Assembly: GCA_051313645.2 (NCBI GenBank)
Contig: JBNRSN020000006.1
Location: forward strand, 2,728,001-2,792,000
DNA: 64,000 bases
From: Centroscyllium fabricii
Taxonomy: Eukaryota
Direction: 5' to 3'
The notes beneath the pieces were generated by a model. It was not told where the DNA came from and made no database searches. It saw nothing but the letters and a program-made list of their open reading frames with translations. How positions within the stretch are numbered: position 1 is the first letter of the stretch; each line of letters starts with the position of its first letter. The position numbers and the translations under genes were made by a program. Positions 1 through 11,824 of the stretch are shown in pieces.

Positions 1-254
1 TGTAAAGTTGCTGCAACTCCTCTATTTCCCCTCAATTTATGTTTTCTCTTTTTCATTTTCCTTTCTTTGTCTATTGCAGCTGATTCATACTTTGCAAATT
101 CTTGAAGTGCTCAGGTACCCCATCCCCCCACCACCCGCCCGCCCCAGGATAAAATAGTTCAGATGTTTAATGATCAAAGAGCTGATGGTATTGAATGGTC
201 GTGTTTACCATGATATTTTACAACATGCAAGTAAAGGTTTACAATATTGGATTC

Positions 255-790
255 TGCTTGAAAATTGAACTTGTGGATCAACTGGCTCCATCTCAAGCAG
301 CATTAGCAGCAGAAATTTCAGCCAATGCAAGACTGAACTCACTGGATGTAAACAGGATAAATTAAGAGAAATCAAGCTAGCAACAGCTGTGCCTCACAAT
401 ACAGTATTTGTGATTCATTTCAATGATTGCTTCTTGAAAGTGACAGTACACTTGGCCGTCAATCAAAACAAATACTTTCATAATGGACCATAACCAGGCT
501 CTTCATTGAGTCAACATCATGAAATACCCCAGTCAGATCCATCAGTCCCCTTGGCATGCTGATATGTTTGGGGGCTCCATTAGTTGATTATCAATCAACT
601 CACTTGGCCAAAGACTGTTGGACCCATCCAGCTGACAGTACAGTAACAATCTGTTGGCAAATTATAATCTGCTTCTGCTTAGTTTGTGCCAACTGTTGCA
701 GAACATAATAGAGCAATATGTCAGTCACTCAAAAACCACACTAGAATACCTTCTGGAACAATTGGAATCATTGGCCAAATGTAAGTGATT
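255..790 (+). mobile_element. Highly decayed Gypsy-like LTR retrotransposon pol (RNaseH-integrase junction) relic
   Basis: Broken reading frames give ...DKLREIKLATA... (~355-390), IHQS(P/H)LGM (~538-560, resembling the integrase zinc-finger IHxxHLG) and a PSG motif near 750. Many stops and frameshifts; recognised by eye only. Confidence 0.35.
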
Positions 791-1861
791 GGCAGTGTAG
801 AGTGCTACTGTGACAGAGAGAGAGAGCGAGAGAGAGATTAAACCACGTGCACCAGCACTGATTTCCTCAGCACTTTTACCCAAATCAACAAGGAAGGATG
901 GTTCATGGGAGCCATTCAGCTTGCCAGTGAAGCTGCCTCATTTACATTAGCTGACAAATATAGATCTTATAATGACCTAGATTTATAATTCATAGATACC
1001 ATATTGCCACTTCTTTTCGTTGGTCCAACAGTTTCAATCCTCCGATATCTGAATATGATTTCTGTTTACATTAACCTCACGGTTCACCAGACTTCATCCA
1101 GAGGTGCACTACCTGTTTTCAATCTCAGACAGATAACAATGGCCATTTTAATCATGAGTCCTTACCAGGCAGGAACAAGCTGGAAATATAGTTCCCCCTA
1201 TTCTGGAAATTCAGTCTTGAACCTTACAAAGAATGTCTTTTGTTTCAGTTGCACACTCACGACAGCATTCCTAATAAGAGATTTAGTAGGACTGCAATCA
1301 GTGGTCCTTCACTTCACAATAAAATTGAACTAAAAAATGGTGTACGGTATAGCACATCTGAAGTTATATACAGCTCCACTAAGTCACAAGATCTGGCTGG
1401 CAAGTGCCTGGCACACAAGGCAATTCACGTACCCACCTCACCTGTCTTCCAATGCCATGTGTGTGTCCAGGATTGGGCTCATTGCACCATCATCACACCC
1501 ACAGAACTGAGATTCATGGCTGAATCGATGGGAGACGACAGACTCCAGCATCAAGTCACAGAGTTGCTGGCCTTGGCCATGTCGCCGGAGAGTGCAGCAG
1601 TCACAAGCAAGCAGGGGAGTGCTGTCATCTGCTGTTGTTCACATATTGGGTCAGTGCAGCACGGGCCGCAGCCCAAGATTAGACATTGACTCACTCATGG
1701 CTAATGTGAGGAACTCGGAGAAAAATAACTTCAAACGAGATATTAAGACTTATATTAATGTATAATTGTCAAAAATAAAATTTTACATTTTATTTTTTAT
1801 AGTTAATTTAGCTTGGAGAAAATAGATTCAAAAAAGTACTTGGACTTGTATTTACATATAA

Positions 1862-2958
1862 CTAGAAACATAGAAGATAGGAGCAGGAGTAGGCCATTCG
1901 GCCCTTCGAGCCTGCTCCGCCATTCAATGAGATCATGGCTGATCATCCAAATTCAGTTCCCTGTCCCTGCCTTCTCCCCATATTCCTCGATCCCTTTAGC
2001 CTTAAGAAATATATCCAGCTCCTTCGTGAATATATTTAATGAACTGGCCTCTACTGCCTTCTGTGGTAGAGAATTCCACAGGTTCACCACTCTCTGGGTG
2101 CAGAAATTTCTCCTCATCTCTGTCCTAAATGAGTTACCCTTATCCTTAGACGATGACCCCTGGTTCTGGACTCTCCGATCATCGGGAACATTCTTGCTGC
2201 ACCAAGTTTGTCCAGACCAGTTAGAATTTTATATGTTTCAATGAGATCCTCTCTCAATCTTCTAAACTTGAGAGAGTACAAACCCAGTCTCTCCTCATAC
2301 GTCATTCCTGCCATCCCAGGTATCAGCCTGGTGAATCTTCTCTGCACTCCCTCCATGGCAAGAATGTCCTTCCTTAGATAAGGAGACCAAAATTGCACAC
2401 AGTACTCAAGGTGTGGTCTCACCAAGGCCCTGTACAACTGCAGCAAGACCTCCCTGTTCCTGTACTCGAACCCTTTCGCTATGAAGGCCAACATACCATT
2501 TGCCTTCTTAACCGTCTGCTGCACCTGCATGCTCACCTTCAGTGACTGGTGCACAAGGACACCCAGGTCACGTTGTACTTCCCCTTCTCCCGATCTATTG
2601 CCATTCAGATAATAGTCGGCGTTTCTGTTTTTGCCCCCAAAGTGGATAACCTCGCATTTATCCACATTATACTGCATCTGCCACGTCTCAGCCCACTCGC
2701 CCAACCTGTCTAAATCATCCTGGAGCTTCCTGGTATCCTCCTCGCAGCACACACGCCCTCCCAGCTTCGTGTCATCTGCAAACTTGGAGACATTATATTT
2801 AGTTCCCTTTTCTAGATCATTAATGTATATTGTGAATAGCTGGGGTCCCAGGACCGATCCCTGCGGTACCCCACTAGTCACTGCCTGCCGCTCGGAAAAA
2901 GACCCATTTACACCTACTCTCTGCTTTCTGTCCGCCAACCAATTCTCAATCCAAGTCA
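1862..2958 (-). mobile_element. CR1 (HER1-like) LINE, 5'-truncated, RT C-terminal half plus 3' UTR
   Basis: ORF 2114-3049(-) contains TSGVPQGSVLGPQLFTIYIND, KFADDTKLG and [15 protein letters not shown]. The (TTCTATG)-type tail lies at ~1862-1875 on the minus strand. Confidence 0.95.
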
Positions 2959-3150
2959 ATCGAACTATATAAAAAAATCCTTTCAATCTTATCAAACCAT
3001 GTCCAATAATGGGATAAATATGAATACTATGAGTTCCAAGCAATGGCAACCACTGGTCTACAACTCAGAACCAATTTACTCTTATGAATAAAAACTACTC
3101 ATCAGAGAAAGTTTTTGGGCTGGATTTTGCCAGTGCTCAGAGGGCAGGTT

Positions 3151-3340
3151 TCAATTCAATTCAATTTTTATTGTCATTGCAGAGTACTAGTACAATACAA
3201 CGAGACGAAGACTCGCCACTCCAGAGAGTAGTGCAAATAATTTACATACAATTGCATACAGTAAAGTACATTTTCAGGTGTGCAGGTACCGGAGTCTTCT
3301 ATAGAGTTCAGGAGGCTGACAGCCCTGGGGAAGAAGCCCA
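3151..3340 (-). mobile_element. Rex1/Babar-like non-LTR 3' end fragment
   Basis: Minus translation has FFPRAVSLLN, resembling the Rex1 ORF C-terminus. It is followed by a UTR and an (AATTG)n tail at 3151-3167. Confidence 0.6.
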
Positions 3341-3512
3341 GGTGGGTGAAAGGTTTGGAGGTGGGTGAAAGGTTAAAATTGTTTTGATTGACAGCAGGTT
3401 GCAATGCCACCGTCAACCCACCTCCAAAAAATGTTCCCAAGTGTCAGGTCCCCGATTTGCGAATGGACCCGACACCTAGCAGCGGGAAGAGGATTAAAGA
3501 CAATTCCCTCAA

Positions 3513-3682
3513 CAGCAAAATCCTGCGGATGCTGGAAATCCGAAATAACAACAGGGCACGTTAACGTTTCAGGTCGATGATCTTTCTTCAGAATGAAAGG
3601 TCTTCAACCTAAAACATCAACTCTGTTTCTCTCTCCACCGATGCTGCCTGGCCTGCGGAGTTTCTCCAGCATTTCTGTAGTT
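3513..3682. mobile_element. Penelope-derived palindromic short element (degenerate)
   Basis: tgcggatgctggaaat ... tctccagcatttctg fold-back layout, same type as the clearer copy at 20191-20415. Confidence 0.6.
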
Positions 3683-4834
3683 ATTAAAGTCAAATGCCTG
3701 CCTATTAACAGGTAGTTGCTAGTAGTTGACAGGCTATTTTTGAATTTTGCCGCTTCTGGCTCGGGCTTCCTGACGTCTGGTCACCACGCTGGGTTAGTGT
3801 GTTGTGTTGTATTGTGAGTCTGTTGTAATGTTTCTGGATTGATGACAGCTGCAGAAATGGTGTGAAGGATCCAATGTTGCACTTGGTGAGTCTCAAAGGA
3901 AGTAAAATGTTGGGTTCTGCATTTTTATTACATTTACACATTTCTTTAGGTAACAAGTTTTAAAATTCATGTCCAGTGCCACCTCATTGGGAGACCCTCT
4001 CTCACCAGTGACAGATCGCTTCTGTCATCTCACCTGCCACTGCCATCTGTACCAGCCTATGGAGGGAGTCATTGGAGAGTCTGGGTGCAAGAGGTCACTT
4101 TTGTGCAGTGATTGTCAGTGTTTTCAGCACCTCAATGCTGTCAAACAGTGAGAAATCAACTGTCAAAATAAAATTGTGCATGGTCCCTTTAAGGAAACCG
4201 GCAGATGACACTTCATCAAATAACGTCATCAGACCCACTTCCTCTTCATTGGCCGGCAAATCCGCAGGGCGGGATTAACAAGGTCAATCAACGTAAAATC
4301 ACATCTGTGGGCCGGATGCATTTGTGGGTAGGGACTGGAAGCTGGAAACCACCCAACCCGCCTCCATTGATGAAATCACGGCCTTTGTCTCCAAACTACA
4401 TGAACAGGAAGGATTCGCTGTTCTCAGTCAGAGTAACATTCAGGTCATAACAATTAGACTCAGTGCCCCCGCGTCAGCAAAGGGAAAACTGACCGAGGTT
4501 GTTGCGCCTAATCATTATCCAACCTGGGCAATGTACTGGAGGGTGACTGGCATTAATGAAGCTGTACCACAGAGATGCTGGTGATGGGACAAAAGATGAG
4601 GGAAATTGGGAGAACATTTGAATTGCCCGTGTGTCGCAGTTAGTAAGCAGCTGCCAAGACCCAGCCTCAGCATCAAATACAAGTGAGGCGGCATCAGTGA
4701 CTGTGGCCACAGATGACCACACAGGGCATGTAACAGAAACATTGAACACGGGCTGGTTCCACAGCACCAAGACTCTCAGCACGTTGGAGAAGCACTTTCT
4801 GAGCTGCCAGTTTGGCTGGGTTTTCAGTATTCTG

Positions 4835-5164
4835 AGTCAGAAGGTTGTGTGTTCAAGTCTCAGTCCAGAAATGTGAGCAGAGTCTGGGCACTCCCACATT
4901 CCTGGACTGAGAATTCAACCTTCCCACTCAGCCAAACTGGCAGCTCCAGAACTGTCTCTGCAATGTGCTGAGACTCTGGTGCGGTGGAACCAGCCCCATT
5001 TACATTGTTTTGAGGAGATGCAGTCTTTCGGATGTGATGCTAAACGGGGCAGTCTGCCCTAGCAGGTGGATGCAGAAGAGTTCCTGTCTCCTGGGCCAAT
5101 ATTGATCCTTCAAACAACATCGGTAAAACAGATAACATGGCCAGTGCTGTTTGTGGGAGTTTGC
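4835..5164 (+). mobile_element. SacSINE1/Deu-type SINE, 5' part, interrupted
   Basis: gagtcagaaggttgtgtgttcaagtc tRNA-like head and core matching the fuller copy at 60703-61173. Stops at tgctgtttgtgggagtttgc. Confidence 0.65.
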
Positions 5165-5420
5165 CGAGACCATGCAGACACTGCAACAACGGATGAACGG
5201 ACACCGCGCAACAATCGTCAGGCAGGAGTGTTCCCTTCCAGTCGGGGAACACTTCAGCAGTCAAGGACATTCAGCCTCCGATCTTCGTGTAAGCATTCTC
5301 CAAGGTAGCCTTCGAGACACACGACAACGCAAAATCGTCGAGCAGAGGCTGATAGCCAAGTTCCGCACCCATGAGCACGGCCTCAACCGTGATATTGGAT
5401 TTATGTCGCGCTACATGTGA
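5165..5420 (+). mobile_element. Penelope-like element GIY-YIG endonuclease C-terminal fragment
   Basis: ETMQTLQQRMNGHR...PVGEHFS..GHS..DLRVSILQG...EQRLIAKFRTHEHGLNRD matches the PLE GIY-YIG layout (RxxxH, HF, conserved E, GLN). Confidence 0.9.
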
Positions 5421-5704
5421 CTCCGCCTGACGTAGAGTCATCCAGACTCGAATCATCTTTGGCTTGTTCTGCGATTTTCAGTAAGAAAAATCCTTGTTTT
5501 TAAAAATCATTCTGTGGGATTTTCACAGACAGCAGACTGTAACATTTGACCCTTTGTGACTGCACCCTTTGATCTCAGGCTGACTGATATGTTAGAACAC
5601 TTTTGATGTCCCTTAGCTGAGGTGTGATGTGAAACAGCGGGAGAGACCACATTGTTCTCTCTCTCTATATATATGCTGTGTTTAAATGAATCTCGACACT
5701 TCAC

Positions 5705-5873
5705 GATGTGGAGGTGCCGGTGTTGGACTGGGGTGGACAAATGCAAGAAGTCACACAACACCAGGTTAGAGTCCAACAGTTTTATTTTAAATCACAAGCT
5801 TTCGGAGCACTGCTCCTTCCTCAGGTGAAGTGTGCTTGTTTTTTGACACTTCAACACTGGCACCTCCACATCA
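5705..5873. mobile_element. Penelope pLTR-derived fold-back element
   Basis: Starts gatgtggaggtgccggtgttg and ends caacactggcacctccacatc (inverted termini). Carries a hammerhead on the minus strand. Confidence 0.85.
5792..5828 (-). ncRNA. Minimal type I hammerhead ribozyme motif (PLE-associated)
   Basis: Minus strand reads UCAC-CUGAGGA-A-GGAGC-agu-GCUCC-GAAA-GC-UU-GUGA: stem I UCAC/GUGA, CUGANGA core, 5-bp stem II, GAAA, minimal stem III, UH. Confidence 0.75.
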
Positions 5874-5910
5874 TAGATTACAGGAAGTACACGTAAATCA
5901 CAGTTTCAGC

Positions 5911-6040
5911 CATTGCTGTTTGTGGGAGCTTGCTGTGCAGAAATTGGCTGCCGAGTTTCCCAAATTGCGACAATAACTACACTTTAAATGTACTTCATTG
6001 GCTGTAAAGTGCTCCAAGGTCGCTATATAAATTCTTTCTA
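5911..6040 (+). mobile_element. SacSINE1/Deu-type SINE 3' part
   Basis: ttgctgtttgtgggagcttgctgtgc...tacttcattggctgtaaag...gctatataaa tail. Confidence 0.75.
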
Positions 6041-6566
6041 ATGCAACACTAAGCGGCCTTTAGTTTGACGAAGATCCGAGAATTCGAAGTCACATCTCTG
6101 CAGCCAGGAGACAGAAACACATTGTACTACCTGGAAGCTGCTTCTGAAGTGGTGCAGTTAATTACACCTAATGGTTTGATTGACATTTACAGAGTTACTC
6201 TAAGCACTAATTAGCAACTACTGCTCCACATTCCCGTCACAAACAGCAAGTCAGCTAATTCACAAACAATCCTGTAAACACAAGAAAGTCAGAAAGCGCA
6301 TTCCCTCTCTCAGGCTCCACACTACCACACAGACTACAGCCAGAACATGACAGCTTTTTCATGTATTGGGGAAAATGCTGATCTCTCGCCCCGCAAAGGG
6401 AGTAGGAAATATTAATAAATCATGAATACTTCAATGAATTCCTTTGGGATGTTTTTCTGTAGGTGCTGTCCAAATTCAGGTTGCTGGTCCCACGGGCACT
6501 CGCCCTCTGGTACCTCCTGGGACTGAGCGTGCATCACAGCACCAAGCCCCCTCCTGCCTTGACCCC

Positions 6567-6701
6567 CATGATGTGGAGGTGTCGCTGTTGGACTGGGGTG
6601 GACAATTGTAAGAAGTCACACAACACCAGGTTATAGTCCAACAGTTTTATTTGAAATCTCGTGCTTGTGATTTCAAGTAAAACTGTGCGACTTCTTACAA
6701 T
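6567..6701. mobile_element. Penelope pLTR-derived fold-back element with 12-bp TSD
   Basis: Same family as 5705-5873. Flanked by tgccttgacccc at 6555-6566 and 6702-6713. Confidence 0.85.
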
Positions 6702-8700
6702 TGCCTTGACCCCAGCACTGGGCACAGGCGCTGACTATAGACAGGGAAAGGGGACACCGGCAGATTGTCCTCCTCAACCGGGGAATTGAAGGCGGTGGTA
6801 TTCCGGCCCAACTCAACACAGACCGAGGGAGGTCAAACGTGGGCCCCCCCCTGGTCGGTGGGGTTGAACCGTTCGCTTGATAAAGTGGCCGAGCCGTGGA
6901 GACCCCCTTGTTACAATCTAAACTTTACTCCTGCTCAGAATGATGCCTGGTTTATTGGTAGAATCAACGGAATTGACTCCGAGTGGACCCTGCAATCCAT
7001 TCCAAGTGTAGGTTTGAAACGTCGCAGCCGATGTCAGTGCAACCTGCCCGTCGATCTGTGCAGTTCATCTGGCTGCTGTTTTATGTAAAGAAAGATAAGC
7101 AAGAATAGTCTGCAAACAGGGTCAAAAACAGAGGGCAGTGTGCACAGTCCCTGGTTAACTCAGGCTGCTGAGAAAGAGTGCAGTTCACAAAGGGTTCCTT
7201 CCCGATGGCCAGGTGAGCCAGCACTGGCTGGGATCTGACACAATAAACCCACAGCAGAGGCAGCTTTATTTTCAGGGGGTCCTTTTAAAATGGGTAACCG
7301 GCTGCCTCTTGCCGACTGGGGAAGGGGCCAAAGCCGAGGCTGTCCTCAATCTCAGCACCTTGCCGGAGTCAGTGTCAGGGCCACCTTCATGTGAAGCGGC
7401 CACACTCCCAAACAGATTCAGTCACTTCAATGTCACAAGTCCCCCCTCACACTTAACGCTGTTAAAGCCAGCTAATCGAATAAACATGTGTTTAACATTT
7501 GTTCTCATTTCCGAGCCCGGCATGGGGAGGTGGAGAATTTCCCAGCGAGTGTTGTCGGCTGATGTGCCGTCTGGTCATTGTAAGCAGAGTGTGTCCGGCT
7601 CAAACACTGCTCTCAGGATGAAGGATAGTGTCTGCTCGCAGGCTGATTGGACTTGGATGATGATGGATTGGGGAGAAAGTGGAACTACAAGCGCTGTATG
7701 CAAACAAGCTGCGGCTGGCTGTGTATCCGAGTGTCAGAAAGCTCCAACAACTCCAAGGCTATTACTTGTTTACATATTCAATGAAATACTTATCAGCATT
7801 TATTCCAAGATGATACACGTTTCCCATATATTTCCGCCAACAGCTCTAACTTCAGTAGAAATGGAGGCAGCTTTGTGTCAAGAACAGCTAAATCCTGCCT
7901 CTCCATATCAAGCCTCAGCAAGAAAATTACTCTGCAGGCGATAAGGCTTAAAGATAGAATAAAAAGTGACTCGACTCAATTTACACCGCAATATTGGTAT
8001 GACTGAATATTTTTCATTCAGGTAACCGATACAATCACTAAACTGCGCTGCAGATAAATAAAGGGGCTTGTGTCAAGAATAAACGCCATTAATCATGGTC
8101 TTGCCATGCAGTGGTTGTCTGTGCGCCTGATCCACACACAATGGCAAGTGGCACTGCCCCCTCATTGCCCAGCCCTTCTCCCCCCAACATCACTGCACCT
8201 CCTGGTCCTCGGCTTCATTGTCTCATTTTATTATGGACAGCAATGTCAACTGTAACAAAACTTAAAGCTGCACTTTGTAAAAGGCCACACTCCGGCCCCT
8301 AATGACAAAACATTTGCAATTTTGAATTTTTTCAGAAGAAATTTAAATTCAAAAAAGCAGCCAATTTATGAAGAACCCAGACTTAACTACTGAAGAGAGT
8401 CAGAATTCATGAAAAGTGCTTAAGACGGGGCTCGAGTTGTCATTTGTTAGTCTTGCTCTGATTGAACTAAAACACCTCAGCACCCCTGGCCGGCGGGCCA
8501 CCAGTGAAGCTCGAACACACCTGTTCTGAGGACCAGCTGGTTCCAGACACTTGCACCCTCTGAACACCATTCACAGGACTCTCCACACAACAACCAAAGG
8601 GCCCCATCCCTGCCTGCATCAGTCTGGACAGGCCTCTCACACTGCACCATCCGTCTGCCCAGAGAACACGGCCAGCCTGGCAATGGAGTGCCCACCACAG

Positions 8701-9321
8701 GGGGCGGGGGGAGGGGAGAGGGGGAGGGGGGAGAGGAGAGGGGGAGGGGGGAGAGGAGAGGGGGAGGGGGGAGAGGAGAGGGGGGANNNNNNNNNNNNNN
8801 NNNNNNNNNNNNNNNNNNNNNNNNNNNNNNNNNNNNNNNNNNNNNNNNNNNNNNNNNNNNNNNNNNNNNNNNNNNNNNNNNNNNNNNNNNNNNNNNNNNN
8901 NNNNNNNNNNNNNNNNNNNGGAGAGGAGAGGGGGGAGAGGAGAGGGGGGAGAGGAGAGGGGGGAGAGGAGAGGGGGGAGAGGAGAGGGGGGAGAGGAGAG
9001 GGGGGAGAGGAGAGGGGGGGAGAGGAGAGGGGGAGGGGGAGAGGGGGAGGGGGAGAGGAGAGGGGGAGGGGGAGAGGAGAGGGGGAGGGGGAGAGGAGAG
9101 GGGGAGGGGGCAGGGGGCATGGGGAGGGGGCAGGGGGCAGGGGGCATGGGGAGGGGGCANNNNNNNNNNNNNNNNNNNNNNNNNNNNNNNNNNNNNNNNN
9201 NNNNNNNNNNNNNNNNNNNNNNNNNNNNNNNNNNNNNNNNNNNNNNNNNNNNNNNNNNNNNNNNNNNNNNNNNNNNNNNNNNNNNNNNAGTGGGGAGAGG
9301 GAGGGGGCAGGGGGAGGGGGC
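8701..9321. repeat. Polypurine (GGAGAGGG)n / (GGGGGCA)n low-complexity tract with two assembly gaps
   Basis: G/A-only runs; N blocks at 8787-8919 and 9160-9288. Confidence 0.95.
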
Positions 9322-9820
9322 AGTGAAGCACACATTGCTCACAGGAATGTAATGCTGTTTCAGGGGGTCTCTGCACTCTTGTCAGGGAAGCGGGTCCCCA
9401 AAGGGTCCAAACTAAAGGTCATCACTTTTTATGCTCGACTGGCTAAAGGGAGAAAGCATTAGACACAGAAAGAGTTACATTGTCATGTTTTGAGTAAACC
9501 AACAGTATAATTGATGACTATAATGTATGGCTATTGTAAAAGTTGACAACCTGGAGGGGCCGAGGTGTGAAATTCCTGTCATTAATTGTTGGGGTGAGGA
9601 CAGGGGGACAATCCCGCTCTACTCACGGGGACTTTTGCGCTAAGATTACTGACCAGACTTCCACCCCAGGCCTCTCCCAGCCGGCTTCATACTCCTCGGT
9701 GTCACTCAACCACATTTTAAAACATTTTCTCGGGGTTCCGGCAACACCATTGATTGCCCATCCAAGCGGGCATTGCCTCAACCACACAATGTGGGGCTGG
9801 TGTCCAGACAGGCGGTGGGA

Positions 9821-9947
9821 CCGATCCCCCCGAGGCCGATCCCCGAGGCCGATCCCCCCCCCCCCCCCCGAGGCCGATCCCCCGCGAGGCCGATCCCCCG
9901 CGAGGCCGATCCCCCGCGATGCCGATCCCCCGCGAGGCCGATCCCCC
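9821..9947. repeat. GC-rich 15-16 bp minisatellite (CCGATCCCC[C]GCGAGG)
   Basis: About 7 visible units, one with an expanded C run. Confidence 0.9.
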
Positions 9948-10042
9948 TGGGGTGGACACATTGCTCCTTATTTCAGGGGTGCCTGTGGGATCTTGCTGTG
10001 CCCAGATTGGCTGTCGCATTTCCTACATCACAACAGTGAAAA

Positions 10043-10482
10043 AAAGACTTGCATTTATATAGCACCTGTCACGACCACCGGACGTCTCAAAGTGCTTTAC
10101 AGCCAATGAAGTGTTTTTGAAGTGTGTAATGTGGGAAACATGGCAACCAATTTGTGCACAGCAAGCTCCCACAAACAGCAATGACCAGATCATCTGTTTT
10201 TGTGATATTGGTTGAGGGATAAATATTGGCCAGGACACCGGGGAGAACTCCCCCGGCTCTTCTTCAAATAGTGGCCATGGGATCTTTTATGTCCACCTGA
10301 GAGGGCAGACAGCCTCGGTTTAATGCCTCCTCTGAAAGACGGCACCTCCGACAGTGCAGCACACTCTCAGCACTGCACTGAAGTGTCAGCCTAGCTTTCT
10401 GTGCTCAAGTCCCTGGAGAGGGACTTGAACCCACAACCTGCTGACTCTGGGACCAGTGTGCTGCCCACTGAGCTTCGGCTGA
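10043..10482 (-). mobile_element. Near full-length SacSINE1/Deu-type SINE nested in an oppositely oriented copy
   Basis: Reverse complement of the 60703-61173 family. The plus-strand host copy breaks at ...acaacagtga (~10038) and resumes at ~10484 (aaaagtacttcattggctgtg). Confidence 0.85.
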
Positions 10483-11270
10483 CTCTGCAAAAGTACTTCA
10501 TTGGCTGTGAAGCGCTTTGGAGCATCCCGAGTTCTGAAAGGCGCTACAGAAATTTACAAAAATCCAGCAGCTTTCATGGTGGTTTTTTGTTGTTGAATTT
10601 CCCAAGGTGCTCTGGCAGGGTTTAACCTCACAATCTCAGGGTTACTAGTGCAGCACCATAACAACTACCAGACCAGAATGAAAACTTGCAACTTGTAGAA
10701 ATGGAAAAGTTAAAAATGGAAAACAGGTGTAAGAAAATGGTCAATAAAACAGCATCACTGATCACCAAACTGCGCCTGAAAGTACAAGCAATGAATAAGA
10801 CAGCCGATCAACAATGTCTTCTTGTATAACTAAGGAATCTAAAGGTTACATTTTCCATGTCTGCGTTCCGGGCGCTAAGAGCGCCGAGCGGGAAATTGGG
10901 TGCACGGTTTTACCCATTCAATTTAACGGACGGAGGGGAAAGCGTAGTTTTGGCGATAGGTGGCTGCGGACCCGCGAGGGGAGCATGTACCCGACAGGAA
11001 TAAGTAGCGACTTCACCATCGTCCTTTAGTAATGGAGTTGTACTTTGCAGTGATAAGATGCTGATGAATTTACAGCCGCGATGTTAACAACACCTGATCT
11101 CCACCAGAGCTCTGGGGCAGGAAACCCAACTGAGCAAAGCAGTAATCGAGAAATCAATAGACACATCCTCATGTGCCCCCTAGTACTCGGATTAAAGCAA
11201 CACAGACAGAAGCCAGGGAGGCCCAGCTCCTGCCTGTCAACTGAGCTGGGGAATGAGGCCTACTGGACCT

Positions 11271-11272
<2 letters not shown>

Positions 11273-11316
<44 letters not shown>
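11273..11316. repeat. (GA)n microsatellite
   Basis: Direct reading. Confidence 0.97.
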
Positions 11317-11319
<3 letters not shown>

Positions 11320-11824
11320 GGGGAGACAGAGAAAAACAACGCAGATTGCAGCACAAGCTGCCCCCTGTTGTCACTTCAAAAATAACTAATTGATTCAAAT
11401 TTATAGATTCTTATAATGTTAAAAAAGTAGATACATTAAAATAATAAAATGATTCATACAGCCGGAGACGATGCAAGGAGTTCATATTGTCTTTTTTATT
11501 GAACATTACCATTCTTGAGAACATGAATTAAGTGGATTTTAGGACCCAGCGGAAATGCAACATTTAACCCATAGTTCTCCTTGAAGGGAGAAAATTAAAG
11601 CTTCCCGCAGCAAGTTTTAAAGGCAGTCCATCCCGTCATCTGAGACACAGCCATTGAATTCAGCCCATGGGCTCTGATCAGGGGCCAGTGAGAGGCGAAG
11701 CAGCACCGCCTTACCTCACCGGGCCTGCATTTAAAGCTCGTCTGACACATGCTGATCAAACCAATTGTAATCATCTCTCGGAGTTACATTATTCATAGGT
11801 GCAGAAAGAACATCTGATTGTCAA

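Noticed and set aside
1165-1270. Minus-strand exon candidate (tag|...|gtaagg)
   Set aside because: Stops occur in all three frames before the donor, and the peptide NAVVSVQLKQKTFFVRFKTEFPE is not recognised.
7213-7944. 243-aa ORF
   Set aside because: Non-ATG start, no recognisable domain and no convincing splice signals; consistent with chance.
8467-9462. Pro- or Gly/Glu/Arg-rich ORFs
   Set aside because: Artefacts of the polypurine tract and N gaps.
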